Below are positions 47,805 to 57,598 of a stretch of 64,000 bases of DNA, in pieces. Below the pieces are notes generated by a model that worked only from the letters and a program-made list of their open reading frames with translations, had not been told where the DNA came from and ran no database searches. Made by a program: the position numbers and the translations under genes. Positions within the stretch are counted from its first letter, which is position 1, and each line of letters begins with the position of its first letter. The stretch comes from Anaerolineae bacterium (GTDB lineage: Bacteria > Chloroflexota > Anaerolineae > S140-20): NCBI GenBank assembly GCA_027021705.1, contig JALUTT010000085.1:21526-85525 (forward strand), given 5' to 3'.

Positions 47805-49904
47805 TCAGGCCGCCGCGTCCCCCTCGCGCACCACGATCTGCCGGATTCGGTCCAGCCGGAAGAGCCGCTCGGCCTGAGCGCGGCGGCAGAAGCCGACCAG
47901 GTAGAGCACCTCCCCCCGTCGCTCCAGCCGATAGGGCTCCACCACCCGGTGGGTCACCTCGTCCCGACCGGCGGTGTAGTAGGCCATCTCCAGGACGCCC
48001 CCCCGCTCCAGCGCCTCCTCGACGAGAGCACGGACTTCCTCGACCGGCAGCGTGGGCGCCGTCCAGGCGGGAAAGGCAGCCCGGCCCTCCAGGGCCTCCT
48101 GCAGCGCGGCCAGAGTCCGCTCCACTGCCACCTCGGCAGCGGTCAGATCGCCCGGATCCGCCAGGGCGGCCAGGTGGTCCAGGAGGGGCTGGGGAAGGTG
48201 GACCGGCAGGGAGAGGAAACGGCCCAGCTTCTGGTAGAGGCGGGCAGCCATCCAGAGATGGGCGGCCCCGCTCCGGCCCAGCGCAGGGTCTGCAGGGGGA
48301 ACGGGTGGAGGAAGCTCGATCCGGGGTGGCACCCCCTCCTGACGGGTCAGGCGGCGGACCAAGAGGGGCAGTTGGGCTTCGTCCACGACGACGGCCCGGC
48401 GGGAGAGGGTGCGGTGGATGAGGCGACGCCCCCGCCGGGTCGAAGCCAGCCGGCTCAGAACCTCGGGCTCCTTCACCTCCAGCACCGTCAGACGGCGCAG
48501 GGTCATCCGGTCCGCCATCTCCCCCCACTCCCGCAGCAGGGCCACCTCCTGGCCGGTGAGCGGACGATCCGTCAGCGCCTCCAGCGCCTCCAGCAGGGCC
48601 GGGATGGACCACCCGCGATGGAGCGCCCTCACGAATCCCGAGGCCGACAAGGTGTACCGGTAGCCTTCCTCCCCGCCCTCCCCACGCCCCCCTTCGCCGA
48701 TCTCCACCGCCACCGCCAGGTGGGCCGGGTCCGGCAATCCCGGGCGCAGCGTCAAGGTGAGCCGGCGCTTCAGCGGATCGGGCTGCCGGTCCAGCGCCAC
48801 CGCGAACCGGGCGAAGGCGAGGGGAGGGAGCCCGGAGCGTAGCGATCCGGCCAGCCACGCCGCCCCCACCGACGACAGCCTGTAGCCCCCTTCCCCCTCC
48901 CCGTCGTCACCGTGCAGGACCCCCAGCCAGACCAGCGGACCGGTGAGGAGTTGGACCACCGCCTCCCGCAAAAGGTCGCGGGCGTTGGGGGTCCTGTCGG
49001 CCACCAGGTCGTAGAGCCGGGGGTGACGGGCGACCAGGGCCCGGGCGAAGCCCTCGGGGTCCGAGGGGGCCATCTCCTCAAGTTCCTCGTGGATGGCGGC
49101 CACCAGCACCTCGGGCCGGACGAGCCAGCCGCTGCCCGGCAGGCGAAAGGCCCGCCACCGGTCGGAGTCCGGCGCCGTCCAGACCTCCCACAGGCGCTGG
49201 AGCCGGTCGGCGCGAGCCCCCCTCAACCAGAGTTCGGCGGCGGGGGTGGGCTTCAGGAAGGGGCCGGCGGGGCCGACGAAGCCGGCCGCCTCGGCCAGGT
49301 AGTGGAGGAAGCGGCGCCGCCCCGTCCGCTTCTCGCTCCGGGCGTTGGGGAAGGCCGGGGGAACGGCACACTGCTCCCCCCAGGCGGCCAGGAAGCCCGG
49401 GGGAAGCCACCCACCGGCCAGCGGCCGGACCTCCTCGCGCCGAAGCAGGGCCAGGAGCAGGGCCAGGTCGTGACAGAGGAGATCGGCCGGCGCAGGACCC
49501 GGGCCGGCGGAGGACGCCGGTGGCGCGGGCAGGGCCGGAGGGGCCGGCAGGTGCGGGATGAGGTCCTCGGGCACGAAGAGGTCGTCCGTCAGCCGATCGT
49601 GGAAGAGGAGCCCCAGGCAGCGCAGCCGTTCCAGGGGAGCCGGGTCTCCCCCTGCCACCGCCCGCGCCGACCGGAAGGGCATACGACCGCCGACGGCCAC
49701 CAGGCTCTCCAGCACACGCCGCTCCTCTCCGGTCAGGTCGGACAGCGCCGCCGCCAGGTTGGCAGGGTCCGGCAGCGTGCGGGCCAGCCGATCCACCAGG
49801 TCGGCCTTGAGGATGTTCGAGGAAAAACGGAGCCCCCGCCGCCGACCAATGATCACCAGCCGCCGCCAGGGAGTTCCTTCCAGAGCTTCGCGCAGGGTCG
49901 TCAT
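47805..49904 (-). CDS. WYL-domain protein with helicase-associated (Helicase_C_3-like) domain
   Basis: C-terminal MAYYTAGR..HRVVEPYRL..YLVGFCRRAQAERLFRLDRI; central YTLSASGFVRAL..GWS..LLREW; AGGAGG RBS. Confidence 0.85.
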   Translation of the reverse strand: MTTLREALEGTPWRRLVIIGRRRGLRFSSNILKADLVDRLARTLPDPANLAAALSDLTGEERRVLESLVAVGGRMPFRSARAVAGGDPAPLERLRCLGLLFHDRLTDDLFVPEDLIPHLPAPPALPAPPASSAGPGPAPADLLCHDLALLLALLRREEVRPLAGGWLPPGFLAAWGEQCAVPPAFPNARSEKRTGRRRFLHYLAEAAGFVGPAGPFLKPTPAAELWLRGARADRLQRLWEVWTAPDSDRWRAFRLPGSGWLVRPEVLVAAIHEELEEMAPSDPEGFARALVARHPRLYDLVADRTPNARDLLREAVVQLLTGPLVWLGVLHGDDGEGEGGYRLSSVGAAWLAGSLRSGLPPLAFARFAVALDRQPDPLKRRLTLTLRPGLPDPAHLAVAVEIGEGGRGEGGEEGYRYTLSASGFVRALHRGWSIPALLEALEALTDRPLTGQEVALLREWGEMADRMTLRRLTVLEVKEPEVLSRLASTRRGRRLIHRTLSRRAVVVDEAQLPLLVRRLTRQEGVPPRIELPPPVPPADPALGRSGAAHLWMAARLYQKLGRFLSLPVHLPQPLLDHLAALADPGDLTAAEVAVERTLAALQEALEGRAAFPAWTAPTLPVEEVRALVEEALERGGVLEMAYYTAGRDEVTHRVVEPYRLERRGEVLYLVGFCRRAQAERLFRLDRIRQIVVREGDAAA

Positions 49905-50025
49905 CGGCCTCCTCCTGCTCAACCCTCGTTGGTCCTCATCGGATTATACATCCATCTGCGGGTCCTGACGTCTCGAGGACGAGGATTCCTACCAAATCTC
50001 GGACCCTCTCTCGGTCTGAGGCCGA

Positions 50026-50054
50026 TTGCCCCGGCCCGGCTCTTGTGGTACACT
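50026..50054 (+). promoter_or_regulatory. sigma70 promoter of the kinase gene, divergent from the WYL gene
   Basis: TTGCCC-17 nt-TACACT with extended TG; an opposite-strand TATAAT at 49943-49948 could serve the WYL gene. Confidence 0.55.
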
Positions 50055-50134
50055 GGTGGGCAATAGGGGGCCGGTGGCGGCGTCGCGGCGGCCGGTCGGT
50101 CGCCTCGACCGATTCTCCAGGGGAGGGATGACCG

Positions 50135-52948
50135 ATGAGAGCACCACGCCTGGGTATGAGTCAGCTCGCCAGGGATGCCGGCTTCGGCACCCGGGTCTGG
50201 AGCGAAACGGGGTACTGGGGTGGGCGTTTCTACCACCTGATCGTGGCCATCGGCACCGCCACCATCCTGATCGCTTCGACCTGGCAGCGCCTGTCCGTAC
50301 CTCTCCTCGTCATCCTGCTGGCCGGCTATGGCCTCTACCTCCTCATCCGCTTCACCCTCATCCGAGGCCACGAGTCCGCCTACTACCGCCCCTGGATCCA
50401 GTTCGTCCGGGCTCAGGTCTCCATCGCCGTGCTGACCATTCTCATCGCCTGGCTGGAACAGAAGGGGGCGCGAGAGTACCTGTGGCTGCTCTACACCCTC
50501 CAGTTGATGATCATCGGTCGCCACCTGAGCACCCTCCTCTTCATCCTGTCCATCCTCCAGGTGTGGGGGCTCCTCGCCTTCCTCCGCCTGGGAATAGCGC
50601 CTCCCTCACCCGCATCCGCCTCCCAGATTCACCGAGACCTGGTCGCCCAAGGGGCGTGGATCGCCCTCATCGGCTTCGTCCTCCACTACTTGCTGCGCAA
50701 CATTGACGCCCGCGACGGAACCATCGCCATGATGAGCCGGATCAACGACCTGGCCCACCGCTCTATGACGGGGCGGGAGTGGAAGAGCCACTGGGAGGCC
50801 GCGTTGAAGACCTACCTGAACAGCGTCGGCGGGCGGCGTGGGCTGGTCTGGCTCTGCAACCCGCGCACGGGAGAGATCCGCCCCTTCTCCGGCCTGGGGA
50901 GGCCCTGCCGTGTCGTCTCCCCGACCGACTCCGACGAGCTCATCCATGTGGACACGGACCATCCCATCGCCGAGGTCGTCCGCACCGGACAGCCCCTCCT
51001 CTGGAGGGCTCAGCCCCGATTGGGCGACCGGCTCTCCCGTGCCCGTCAGGCGGTGCGGATTCACCCGCTCCCCCCCAACGTCTACGCCCGCATTCTGGTC
51101 CCCATCGGTCCGCAGGCCCACGGCGACGGTCTCTGGCTGGGTGTCCTGGGGGTGGACTTCGACCGCGACGATCCCCCCCGGGAGCGGCTGTTGGAGCACT
51201 ACTTCGACTTCTTCCATAACTTGGCCGATTGGGTCGTGCCCGTCCTCCGGTTCGTCCAGCAGATCAGGGAGCAGCAGACCCTGCGCCACATCGGCGTCCA
51301 GGTCTCCAGCAGCCTGCGCCTGGAGACCGTGCTGAACGAGACCCTCGACGCCCTGACAGGGCCGCTGGGCTTCGATCTGGCCACCATTGCCCTGGTGGAC
51401 GAGGAGGCCCAGCTCATCCGCTGCCGGGGTGGGCGCAACGTCCCTCCTGCCTGGGTCGAGCAGATGTGTTACCCCCTGGACAGCCCGACGATCCTGGCCG
51501 ACGTGGTGCGCCGAGGCGAGATCGAGGTCATCCAAGGATGGGATGACCGCCTCGACCGCCGCCTCTACAAGCGATTTCACCAAGACCGGCTCATCCGGGC
51601 CTTTGTGCCCATCCAGCGACAGCCCCAGGGCAACGGCTCCCCTCCCAGGCCCCACGGCGTCGTTGAGGTGGGGTACCGCCTGCGCCACCAGAACCGGATC
51701 CCCCCGGACCAACTGGCTTTGCTGACCACCTTTATGGACCAGGTGGCGGTGGCCATCGAGAAGGCCCGGCTCTTTCGGAACATCCGGCAGCACCGGAAGA
51801 TGCTGGTCCAGCTTCACCGGGTCAGCCACGACATCGCCGACGCCCGCCATCCCGACCGGGTGCTGACGAAGCTGGGGGAGGGCCTGCAACAAGCCCTCGA
51901 GGCCGACATCGTGATGATCTACCGCTTCAACCGCGCGACCCAGGAGATCGAGCCGCCGCTGACCTTCGGCCAGGTGTGGGGCCGGCTCCCCCTCCGGCGC
52001 TCCCCCCTCGACCGGGGCATCATCGCCGAGATCCTGCACAAGGGCCGGCCCTACTACGCACCCGACGCCACTGCCGACCCCCTGCTCTGCCAGCCCAATC
52101 CCCCCCGCACCCAGGGGGAGAGGCCGGGGGGCCGCCGCACCTTCACCGTGCGCCAGAACATCAAATCCTTCGCCGGCGTCCCGATGCTGGTCAACGACGA
52201 GGTCGTGGGCGTCCTGTGCGTCAACTACCGGCGACGCCACGCCTTCTCCGAGAACGAGCGGTGCGTCCTGGAGTTGGCCGCCCAACTGGCCGCCGTCGCC
52301 CTGCGCAACGCCGAGCTCAACGCCCTCGCCGCCGAACTGGCCGCCGAGGAGGAGCGCAAACGGCTGACCTCCCAGTTGCACGACTCCGTCTCCCAACTCG
52401 TCTCCGCCATCCCCCTGATGGTCAGCACGGCCCTGGAACACCTCCCCTCGCAGCCTGACAAAACGGCTCACTGGCTCGAGCGCATCCGCCACACGGCGCG
52501 CCAGATCGCCGTCGAAGTGCGGGCCAACATCTTCGAGATGGGCACCGCCTCCTCCCACGGGCGCAGCCTGCAGCAGGCCCCGGAGGAGGTCGCCGGCCTG
52601 GCCCGAGGATGCTTCCAACTAGAGGTGGAAATCACCTCCCAAATCTCCCCGGAAAGGCTGAGCGCTTCTTTAGAGACCGAGCTGCTCCTGGTCTGCCGTG
52701 AGGCTATCGTCAACGCCGGCCGGCACGCCCAGGCCCGGCGGGTCACGGTGGAGCTCCTGGAGCGTGGTGATCGGGTCTACCTGCGGGTTCAGGACGACGG
52801 GGAGGGGTTTGACCCCTCCGCCCTCAGCCCCTGGGAGCAACGAGGGTTGAAGTTCATGCGCCAGCGCATCGAACGGATGGGAGGCAGGTTCTCCGTCCAC
52901 AGCCGCCCCGGTGAGGGCACGACCATCGAGGCCACCGTGCCGGCCTGA
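50135..52948 (+). CDS. Membrane-bound multi-GAF sensor histidine kinase (HisKA_3/NarX type)
   Basis: About 5-6 N-terminal TM helices; GAF motifs (SFAGVPML..VGVLCV); EERKRLTSQLHDSVSQ H-box; REAIVNAGRHA, DDGEGF, PGEGT. Confidence 0.92.
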   Translation: MRAPRLGMSQLARDAGFGTRVWSETGYWGGRFYHLIVAIGTATILIASTWQRLSVPLLVILLAGYGLYLLIRFTLIRGHESAYYRPWIQFVRAQVSIAVLTILIAWLEQKGAREYLWLLYTLQLMIIGRHLSTLLFILSILQVWGLLAFLRLGIAPPSPASASQIHRDLVAQGAWIALIGFVLHYLLRNIDARDGTIAMMSRINDLAHRSMTGREWKSHWEAALKTYLNSVGGRRGLVWLCNPRTGEIRPFSGLGRPCRVVSPTDSDELIHVDTDHPIAEVVRTGQPLLWRAQPRLGDRLSRARQAVRIHPLPPNVYARILVPIGPQAHGDGLWLGVLGVDFDRDDPPRERLLEHYFDFFHNLADWVVPVLRFVQQIREQQTLRHIGVQVSSSLRLETVLNETLDALTGPLGFDLATIALVDEEAQLIRCRGGRNVPPAWVEQMCYPLDSPTILADVVRRGEIEVIQGWDDRLDRRLYKRFHQDRLIRAFVPIQRQPQGNGSPPRPHGVVEVGYRLRHQNRIPPDQLALLTTFMDQVAVAIEKARLFRNIRQHRKMLVQLHRVSHDIADARHPDRVLTKLGEGLQQALEADIVMIYRFNRATQEIEPPLTFGQVWGRLPLRRSPLDRGIIAEILHKGRPYYAPDATADPLLCQPNPPRTQGERPGGRRTFTVRQNIKSFAGVPMLVNDEVVGVLCVNYRRRHAFSENERCVLELAAQLAAVALRNAELNALAAELAAEEERKRLTSQLHDSVSQLVSAIPLMVSTALEHLPSQPDKTAHWLERIRHTARQIAVEVRANIFEMGTASSHGRSLQQAPEEVAGLARGCFQLEVEITSQISPERLSASLETELLLVCREAIVNAGRHAQARRVTVELLERGDRVYLRVQDDGEGFDPSALSPWEQRGLKFMRQRIERMGGRFSVHSRPGEGTTIEATVPA

Positions 52949-53004
52949 CGCCCCGGACGGTGATCGCCGCCTTGCCTGCCATCCCCACCACGAAAGGGGG
53001 AGCG

Positions 53005-53703
53005 ATGACATCCGAGAAGGACCGACGGATCAGCATCCTCATCGTGGAGGACGCGCCCATCTACCGGGAGGCCCTGGAGGGGTATCTGGAGACCCGACAG
53101 GACCTGTTTGAGGTGATCGGGTGGACAGACCTTCCGGACGTGGCGGTCTCGCTGGTCGAGCAACACGTGCCCGACATCATCCTGCTGGACCTGGTGCTCC
53201 ACCGGGATCAGAACGCCGGCATCCGGGTCATCCACGAGGTGCGTCGGATCAGCCCGACCACCCAGATCGTTGTCCTTACCCATCGTTTCGAGGATAACAT
53301 AGTCTTCAACGCCATCCGAGCCGGGGCTACCACCTACTTGGTCAAGGACAACGTCACCAGTGACGAACTCATTACTGCCCTGATCCGCGTGCGGGATGGG
53401 GATCCCCCGATGGACCCCCAGATCGCCCGCCGTCTCTACGAGTTCTTCCAGTCGCCCGACGCCGGCCCCGACCCATCCTCCCCTCCGCTCACCCGCCGCG
53501 AATGGGAGGTGTTGGAGTTGGTGGCCGAGGGGATGCGCAACCGGGAGATCGCCGAGAAACTGGTCATCACCGAGAAGACGGTCAAGACCCACGTCAGCAA
53601 CATCCTCAGCAAGCTCCACCTGAGCAACCGCACCGAGCTCCAGTGGTGGTACCGGCGGCGTCACTTCGCCGGAGAGGGAGGGGCCGATGTTCCGGGAAAG
53701 TAG
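53005..53703 (+). CDS. NarL/LuxR-family response regulator
   Basis: ILIVED, PDIILLDL, VVLT, YLVK; LTRREWEVLELVAEGMRNREIAEKLVITEKTVKTHVSNIL. Confidence 0.95.
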   Translation: MTSEKDRRISILIVEDAPIYREALEGYLETRQDLFEVIGWTDLPDVAVSLVEQHVPDIILLDLVLHRDQNAGIRVIHEVRRISPTTQIVVLTHRFEDNIVFNAIRAGATTYLVKDNVTSDELITALIRVRDGDPPMDPQIARRLYEFFQSPDAGPDPSSPPLTRREWEVLELVAEGMRNREIAEKLVITEKTVKTHVSNILSKLHLSNRTELQWWYRRRHFAGEGGADVPGK

Positions 53704-53834
53704 ACGAAACCCTACCCCGAGGCCAGCTCGACCGGTGCGCCGGGGTATCCCGCTCGCGAGAGGGCCACGCATCCCACCGGCGCACCCCCGCTCCGTCCCC
53801 GGCGTAAGACCGTCGAAACGTCGGCGTAGGACCC

Positions 53835-53863
53835 AGGCCGAGGCATTGCCTCGGCCTTTTTTT
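53835..53863 (+). terminator. Rho-independent terminator
   Basis: AGGCCGAGGC-ATT-GCCTCGGCCT followed by a T run. Confidence 0.85.
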
Positions 53864-54006
53864 ACGTCCCGGAATCGTCAGGCGGCCAATGGATTTCCCC
53901 CTTCCTTTCGGATATACTGCCCTTGAAGGACGAACGACACCCTACAGGAAGACCACCGGGTTCAACGTACCGGGGGAATCCCCCGAGGGCTCTCAGGAGG
54001 TGCGCC

Positions 54007-55794
54007 GTGAACCGGTCCGATTCTCAAAGGCTCCGGGCCATCTACCGCAGGGCCCGACGGCGGCTGGGTGGCTGCTGCCTGCTCATGCTCCTCGGCCTGC
54101 TCCTGGCCTGTGGTGCCGTCTGTGGCCTCTCCTTCCACCTGGTGCGTCGGGTGGGAGCCCAGGGCCCCGACCCGGCACCGCTCCAGGTCCTGCTCCTCAT
54201 TGACCAGAGCAACAGCATGTACGAGAAGGGCGGGATCGGCAGCGACCCCAACCTGTTGCGCATCGAAGCGGCCCGCCTCTTCATCACCTACCTGGGCGTG
54301 GACAGCAGTGGACCCGTCCACCGGCTGGGGGTCATCTTCTTCGGCGACCAAGCCCGGCTCATCGTCCCGCTCACCTCCCTGGCCGACGACGCCCGCCGGG
54401 CCGAAATGGTTCGGCTCATCGCCGACCCTCCCCGGATGGGCTGGACGGACCCCCAGGCTGCCCTCGATTTGGCCGCCGAGACGCTGCTGGCGGAGGACGG
54501 GAACGCCCGTCGGGCCGTGATCCTGCTGACCGACGGCAAGCCGGAACGGAGCACCCGACCCACCCCCCAGGAGAAGGCGGTGACCATCGCCCAACTGCGG
54601 GAGACCGCCCGGCGCTTCGCCGACGAGGAGATCTCCCTCTTCCTCGTCCTGCTCCAGAACGAGGCCACCGATGCCGACCCTGAGATCGAGACCCTCTACG
54701 TCCCCCTCTGGCAGGAGATGGCGCAGATGACGCCCCACGGTCGCTTCTACCGGGCCCGCCGGAGCGAGGAACTGCTGGGGATCTACCACGACATCGTCGT
54801 CGCCCTCACCGGCCGCCAGACCGCCGGCGTGGTCGTGCAGACCCAGGTGCAGACGGAGACCGTGGAGACGGTGCTGGTAGAGGCGGGCTTGGCCCAGGTC
54901 ACCTTCGTCGTCCGCAAGAGCGCCCCGGCCCTCCAGGTCACCATCCTGCGTCCCGACGGGCGTCTCCTCACCCCCGGCGATCCCGACGTCCGGTATGGCG
55001 GTCGGCCGGGGCAGAGCCGCGAGGAGGTGTGGGCCGTCCACGCGCCGGCTCCAGGTCTCTGGCGGGTGCGCATCCGTGGGCAGGGTACCGTCACCGTCTG
55101 GAGGGACTTCTACCCGGCCCCACCGACCCCCACGCCCACGCCCTCGCCCACTCCCGCCCCCACCCCATCTCCGTCGCCCACCGCCAGCCCCACCCGCCCG
55201 CCAACGCCATCCCCCTTACCGCTCCTCGTCGCGCCGACCATCAGCCCCCCGATCCCGCTGTCCCCCGCAGGGCCGGCGACGGAGGAGGTCACCGGCAGCG
55301 GCGGCGGACGGTCGGGCCTATGGGTCGGCCTGCTCGTCGTCGGGCTGGCCCTCGGGGGAGGGGGCATCTGGCTCTACCGACGGCGGAGGGCTCCGCTGCT
55401 GGAGGGCACCTTGCGCCGCCTGGCCGCCCCTGTGGGCTCGGCCATCCCAGACCGCCTGGACCTGGACGCGCTCAACCGGCGGGAAGTCCGCCTGGGGCCG
55501 GACCCCGATGCCGACCTCTACCTGCCCGGCACCTCCGACGTGCCAACCCCGCCTGTCCGTCTGATCGCCCAACGGGGGGGAGGAGGCCGCACCGGCATCC
55601 TTCTCACCCTCGAACCCACGAGGAAGCGTGACGGGCAGGCTCGGGTCAACCACCTGCCCGTCACTGACGAATGGCCCCTGCGGGACGGAGACCTGATCAC
55701 CCTGGGGGCCTACCGCTTCCGGTACGAGAACCTGCGCCGCCGTTCGAGGGGAGGCACCGAGCGAGGGATGAGGCAACGAGACACTGAGGGATGA
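54007..55794 (+). CDS. vWA-domain membrane protein with Pro/Thr linker, second TM and degenerate C-terminal FHA-like domain
   Basis: AGGAGG + GTG start; MIDAS DQSNS..T..LTDG; PTPTP linker; VN....PLRDGDLITLGAYRFRY FHA-like end. Confidence 0.85.
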   Translation: MNRSDSQRLRAIYRRARRRLGGCCLLMLLGLLLACGAVCGLSFHLVRRVGAQGPDPAPLQVLLLIDQSNSMYEKGGIGSDPNLLRIEAARLFITYLGVDSSGPVHRLGVIFFGDQARLIVPLTSLADDARRAEMVRLIADPPRMGWTDPQAALDLAAETLLAEDGNARRAVILLTDGKPERSTRPTPQEKAVTIAQLRETARRFADEEISLFLVLLQNEATDADPEIETLYVPLWQEMAQMTPHGRFYRARRSEELLGIYHDIVVALTGRQTAGVVVQTQVQTETVETVLVEAGLAQVTFVVRKSAPALQVTILRPDGRLLTPGDPDVRYGGRPGQSREEVWAVHAPAPGLWRVRIRGQGTVTVWRDFYPAPPTPTPTPSPTPAPTPSPSPTASPTRPPTPSPLPLLVAPTISPPIPLSPAGPATEEVTGSGGGRSGLWVGLLVVGLALGGGGIWLYRRRRAPLLEGTLRRLAAPVGSAIPDRLDLDALNRREVRLGPDPDADLYLPGTSDVPTPPVRLIAQRGGGGRTGILLTLEPTRKRDGQARVNHLPVTDEWPLRDGDLITLGAYRFRYENLRRRSRGGTERGMRQRDTEG

Positions 55795-55943
55795 GGCAAC
55801 GAGACACCGGGGGGTAAGGGGCAGGGGGCAAGGAGCAGGGGGCAAGGGGCAGGGGGCAAGGAGCAGGGGGCAAGGGGCAGGGGGCCTGGCGACCTAGCGG
55901 CTTAGCGGCGGACTGAGGACCAAGGACCGAGGACTGAGGACTA
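55766..55943. repeat. 23-bp direct repeat plus GGGGCAR and GGACYRA heptamer arrays
   Basis: gggatgaggcaacgagacac twice; ggggcagggggcaaggagca...; ggactgaggaccaaggaccgaggactgagg. Confidence 0.8.
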
Positions 55944-55948
55944 AACCG

Positions 55949-57598
55949 CTGAACCACTGCATGATGCGGGGGGCTTCACCGTCCGTTACCCCAACGGTCG
56001 GGTGATCACCCCTCAGCGTTGAACTCACCGTGCCCGGCTGGGCCGACCGCCTGCCTGCCCGCTCGGCCCCGGCCGAACTGGTGCGCTACGTGCGAGACTA
56101 CGAACGGATCCGCCTGGGCACCGACTTCAGACGCTGGCTCTCCCAGAACGAAGCCCTGCTGGCCGAGGAGGCCGAAGCGACCCTGACCGATCACCTCACC
56201 CGTCTCGCCCGCCGGGCAGGGCTCCCGCCGACCGAAAGCTTCCTGAAGGGCGTGCTGCACCGGCTGGACGAGGCGGCCTCCCGACTGAGCGCCCGCCAGG
56301 CGGAGCGGGAAGGCCAACAGGCGGAGCTGAGCCGGGAGCTGGCCCGGCTGGAGACCGTCTTCCTCCAGGCGGGTGAGGGGAGCTTCCTGGGCCGGAGCCG
56401 TCGGGTGTCCCGCGCCCGTCAGACCTACTTCGCCGCAGCCCAGCGCCTCTTCCGCCTGCGCTGGCACCTTCAGGTGACCGCTGCAGCCCTCGCCCTTCTG
56501 AACCGCCTGAGCCGGGCGGCCCGGGACCACCTGGCCGCCTGTCAGGAGACGGCCCTCCGCCTCAAGGCGGTCCACCGTGCTCTCCAGGAGGTCGCAACCC
56601 GGTTCGACGACGGGCAGGCTCAGGCCGGTGTGACCACCCGCTCCCTGGCCGACGAAGTCCTGGTCGCCGCCCTCTTCCGGCGCCACGCCCCCCCACCGGC
56701 CGACACGCTGGCAACCCTCTTCAGCGACGGAGCCTCCCCCCTCGACTGGCAGGATGCACCTCCCGAGCGCATTCAGGCCGCCCTGCTCGCCGCCTGCCGG
56801 CCCCCCTTCGCCTCCGTCGCCGCCATGAGCGTCGAGGAGGCCATCGCCCTGCGCGCCGAAAAGGCCACCCCCGAGGGGTACTACCGTTGGCTGATGGACC
56901 AGGCGACGCCCTCGTGGAACCTAGACCACACCCGGCTGCCCGATGGAGGGGCCAACCTCCAGCGGCTGGAGGTGCTCGGCGTCCCCGACGAGACGAACAC
57001 CCTCTACCGCCACCACGCCACCACCCTCGTCTCCACCAACGATCGGACGCGACTTATCGCCTTCGTCGCCCACATCGGTGCACCCCACACCGCGCTGCAG
57101 CAGTGGGAAAGCTACCAGGCGACCTACGAGCAGGCCCGCGGTAGGGTCCCGCTCCACGTTCTTCCCCAGTTCCAGACCGACGGCGAGCAGGCCCGCCAGG
57201 CCTTCGCCCTGGGCTTCCTCTTCGGCTTCATCAGGAGCCAGGGGGCCGCCTTCGACTACGTCCCGGCCGACCGCCTGGAGCGGCCCACCCGGCTGGGCCG
57301 GGACCTGGATGACGCCCTCCGGGCCTTCGCCCGGCGCGATGACCTGGTGCAGGAGACCTGGGAGCGGGTAGAGCAGTGGGTGGCCAGCCGGGGGATCGAA
57401 GCCACCCTGCGCACGCTGACCGCCTACTACCGCGCCGACGACCACCACGACCTGGCCGACGACCTGGTGCTGGAGCTGAAGCGGCTGGTGCGGGCCTACG
57501 CCGACCGGCTGCGCCAGATCCATCAGTTCGCCCTCGGCCCCCCCTCCCCGGAAGCGCGGGAGGGGTGGGAGCAGGAGGGAAGGCAAGATGAACCCTGA
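55949..57598 (+). pseudogene. N-terminally deleted tubulin/FtsZ-like (Tubulin_2 / FtsZl1-type) gene; C-terminal ORF 56030-57598
   Basis: The ORF has no RBS and no GTPase domain. Upstream frameshifted relic LNHCMMRG/GFTVRYPNGRVIT. Helical body parallels the next gene (QATPSW vs QASPFL). Confidence 0.5.

Noticed and set aside
53741..53790. c-di-GMP-I riboswitch
   Set aside because: Only a GNRA hairpin and an ACGCA-like stretch resemble it; the GCAAAC and GACGCAAAG consensus elements are missing.
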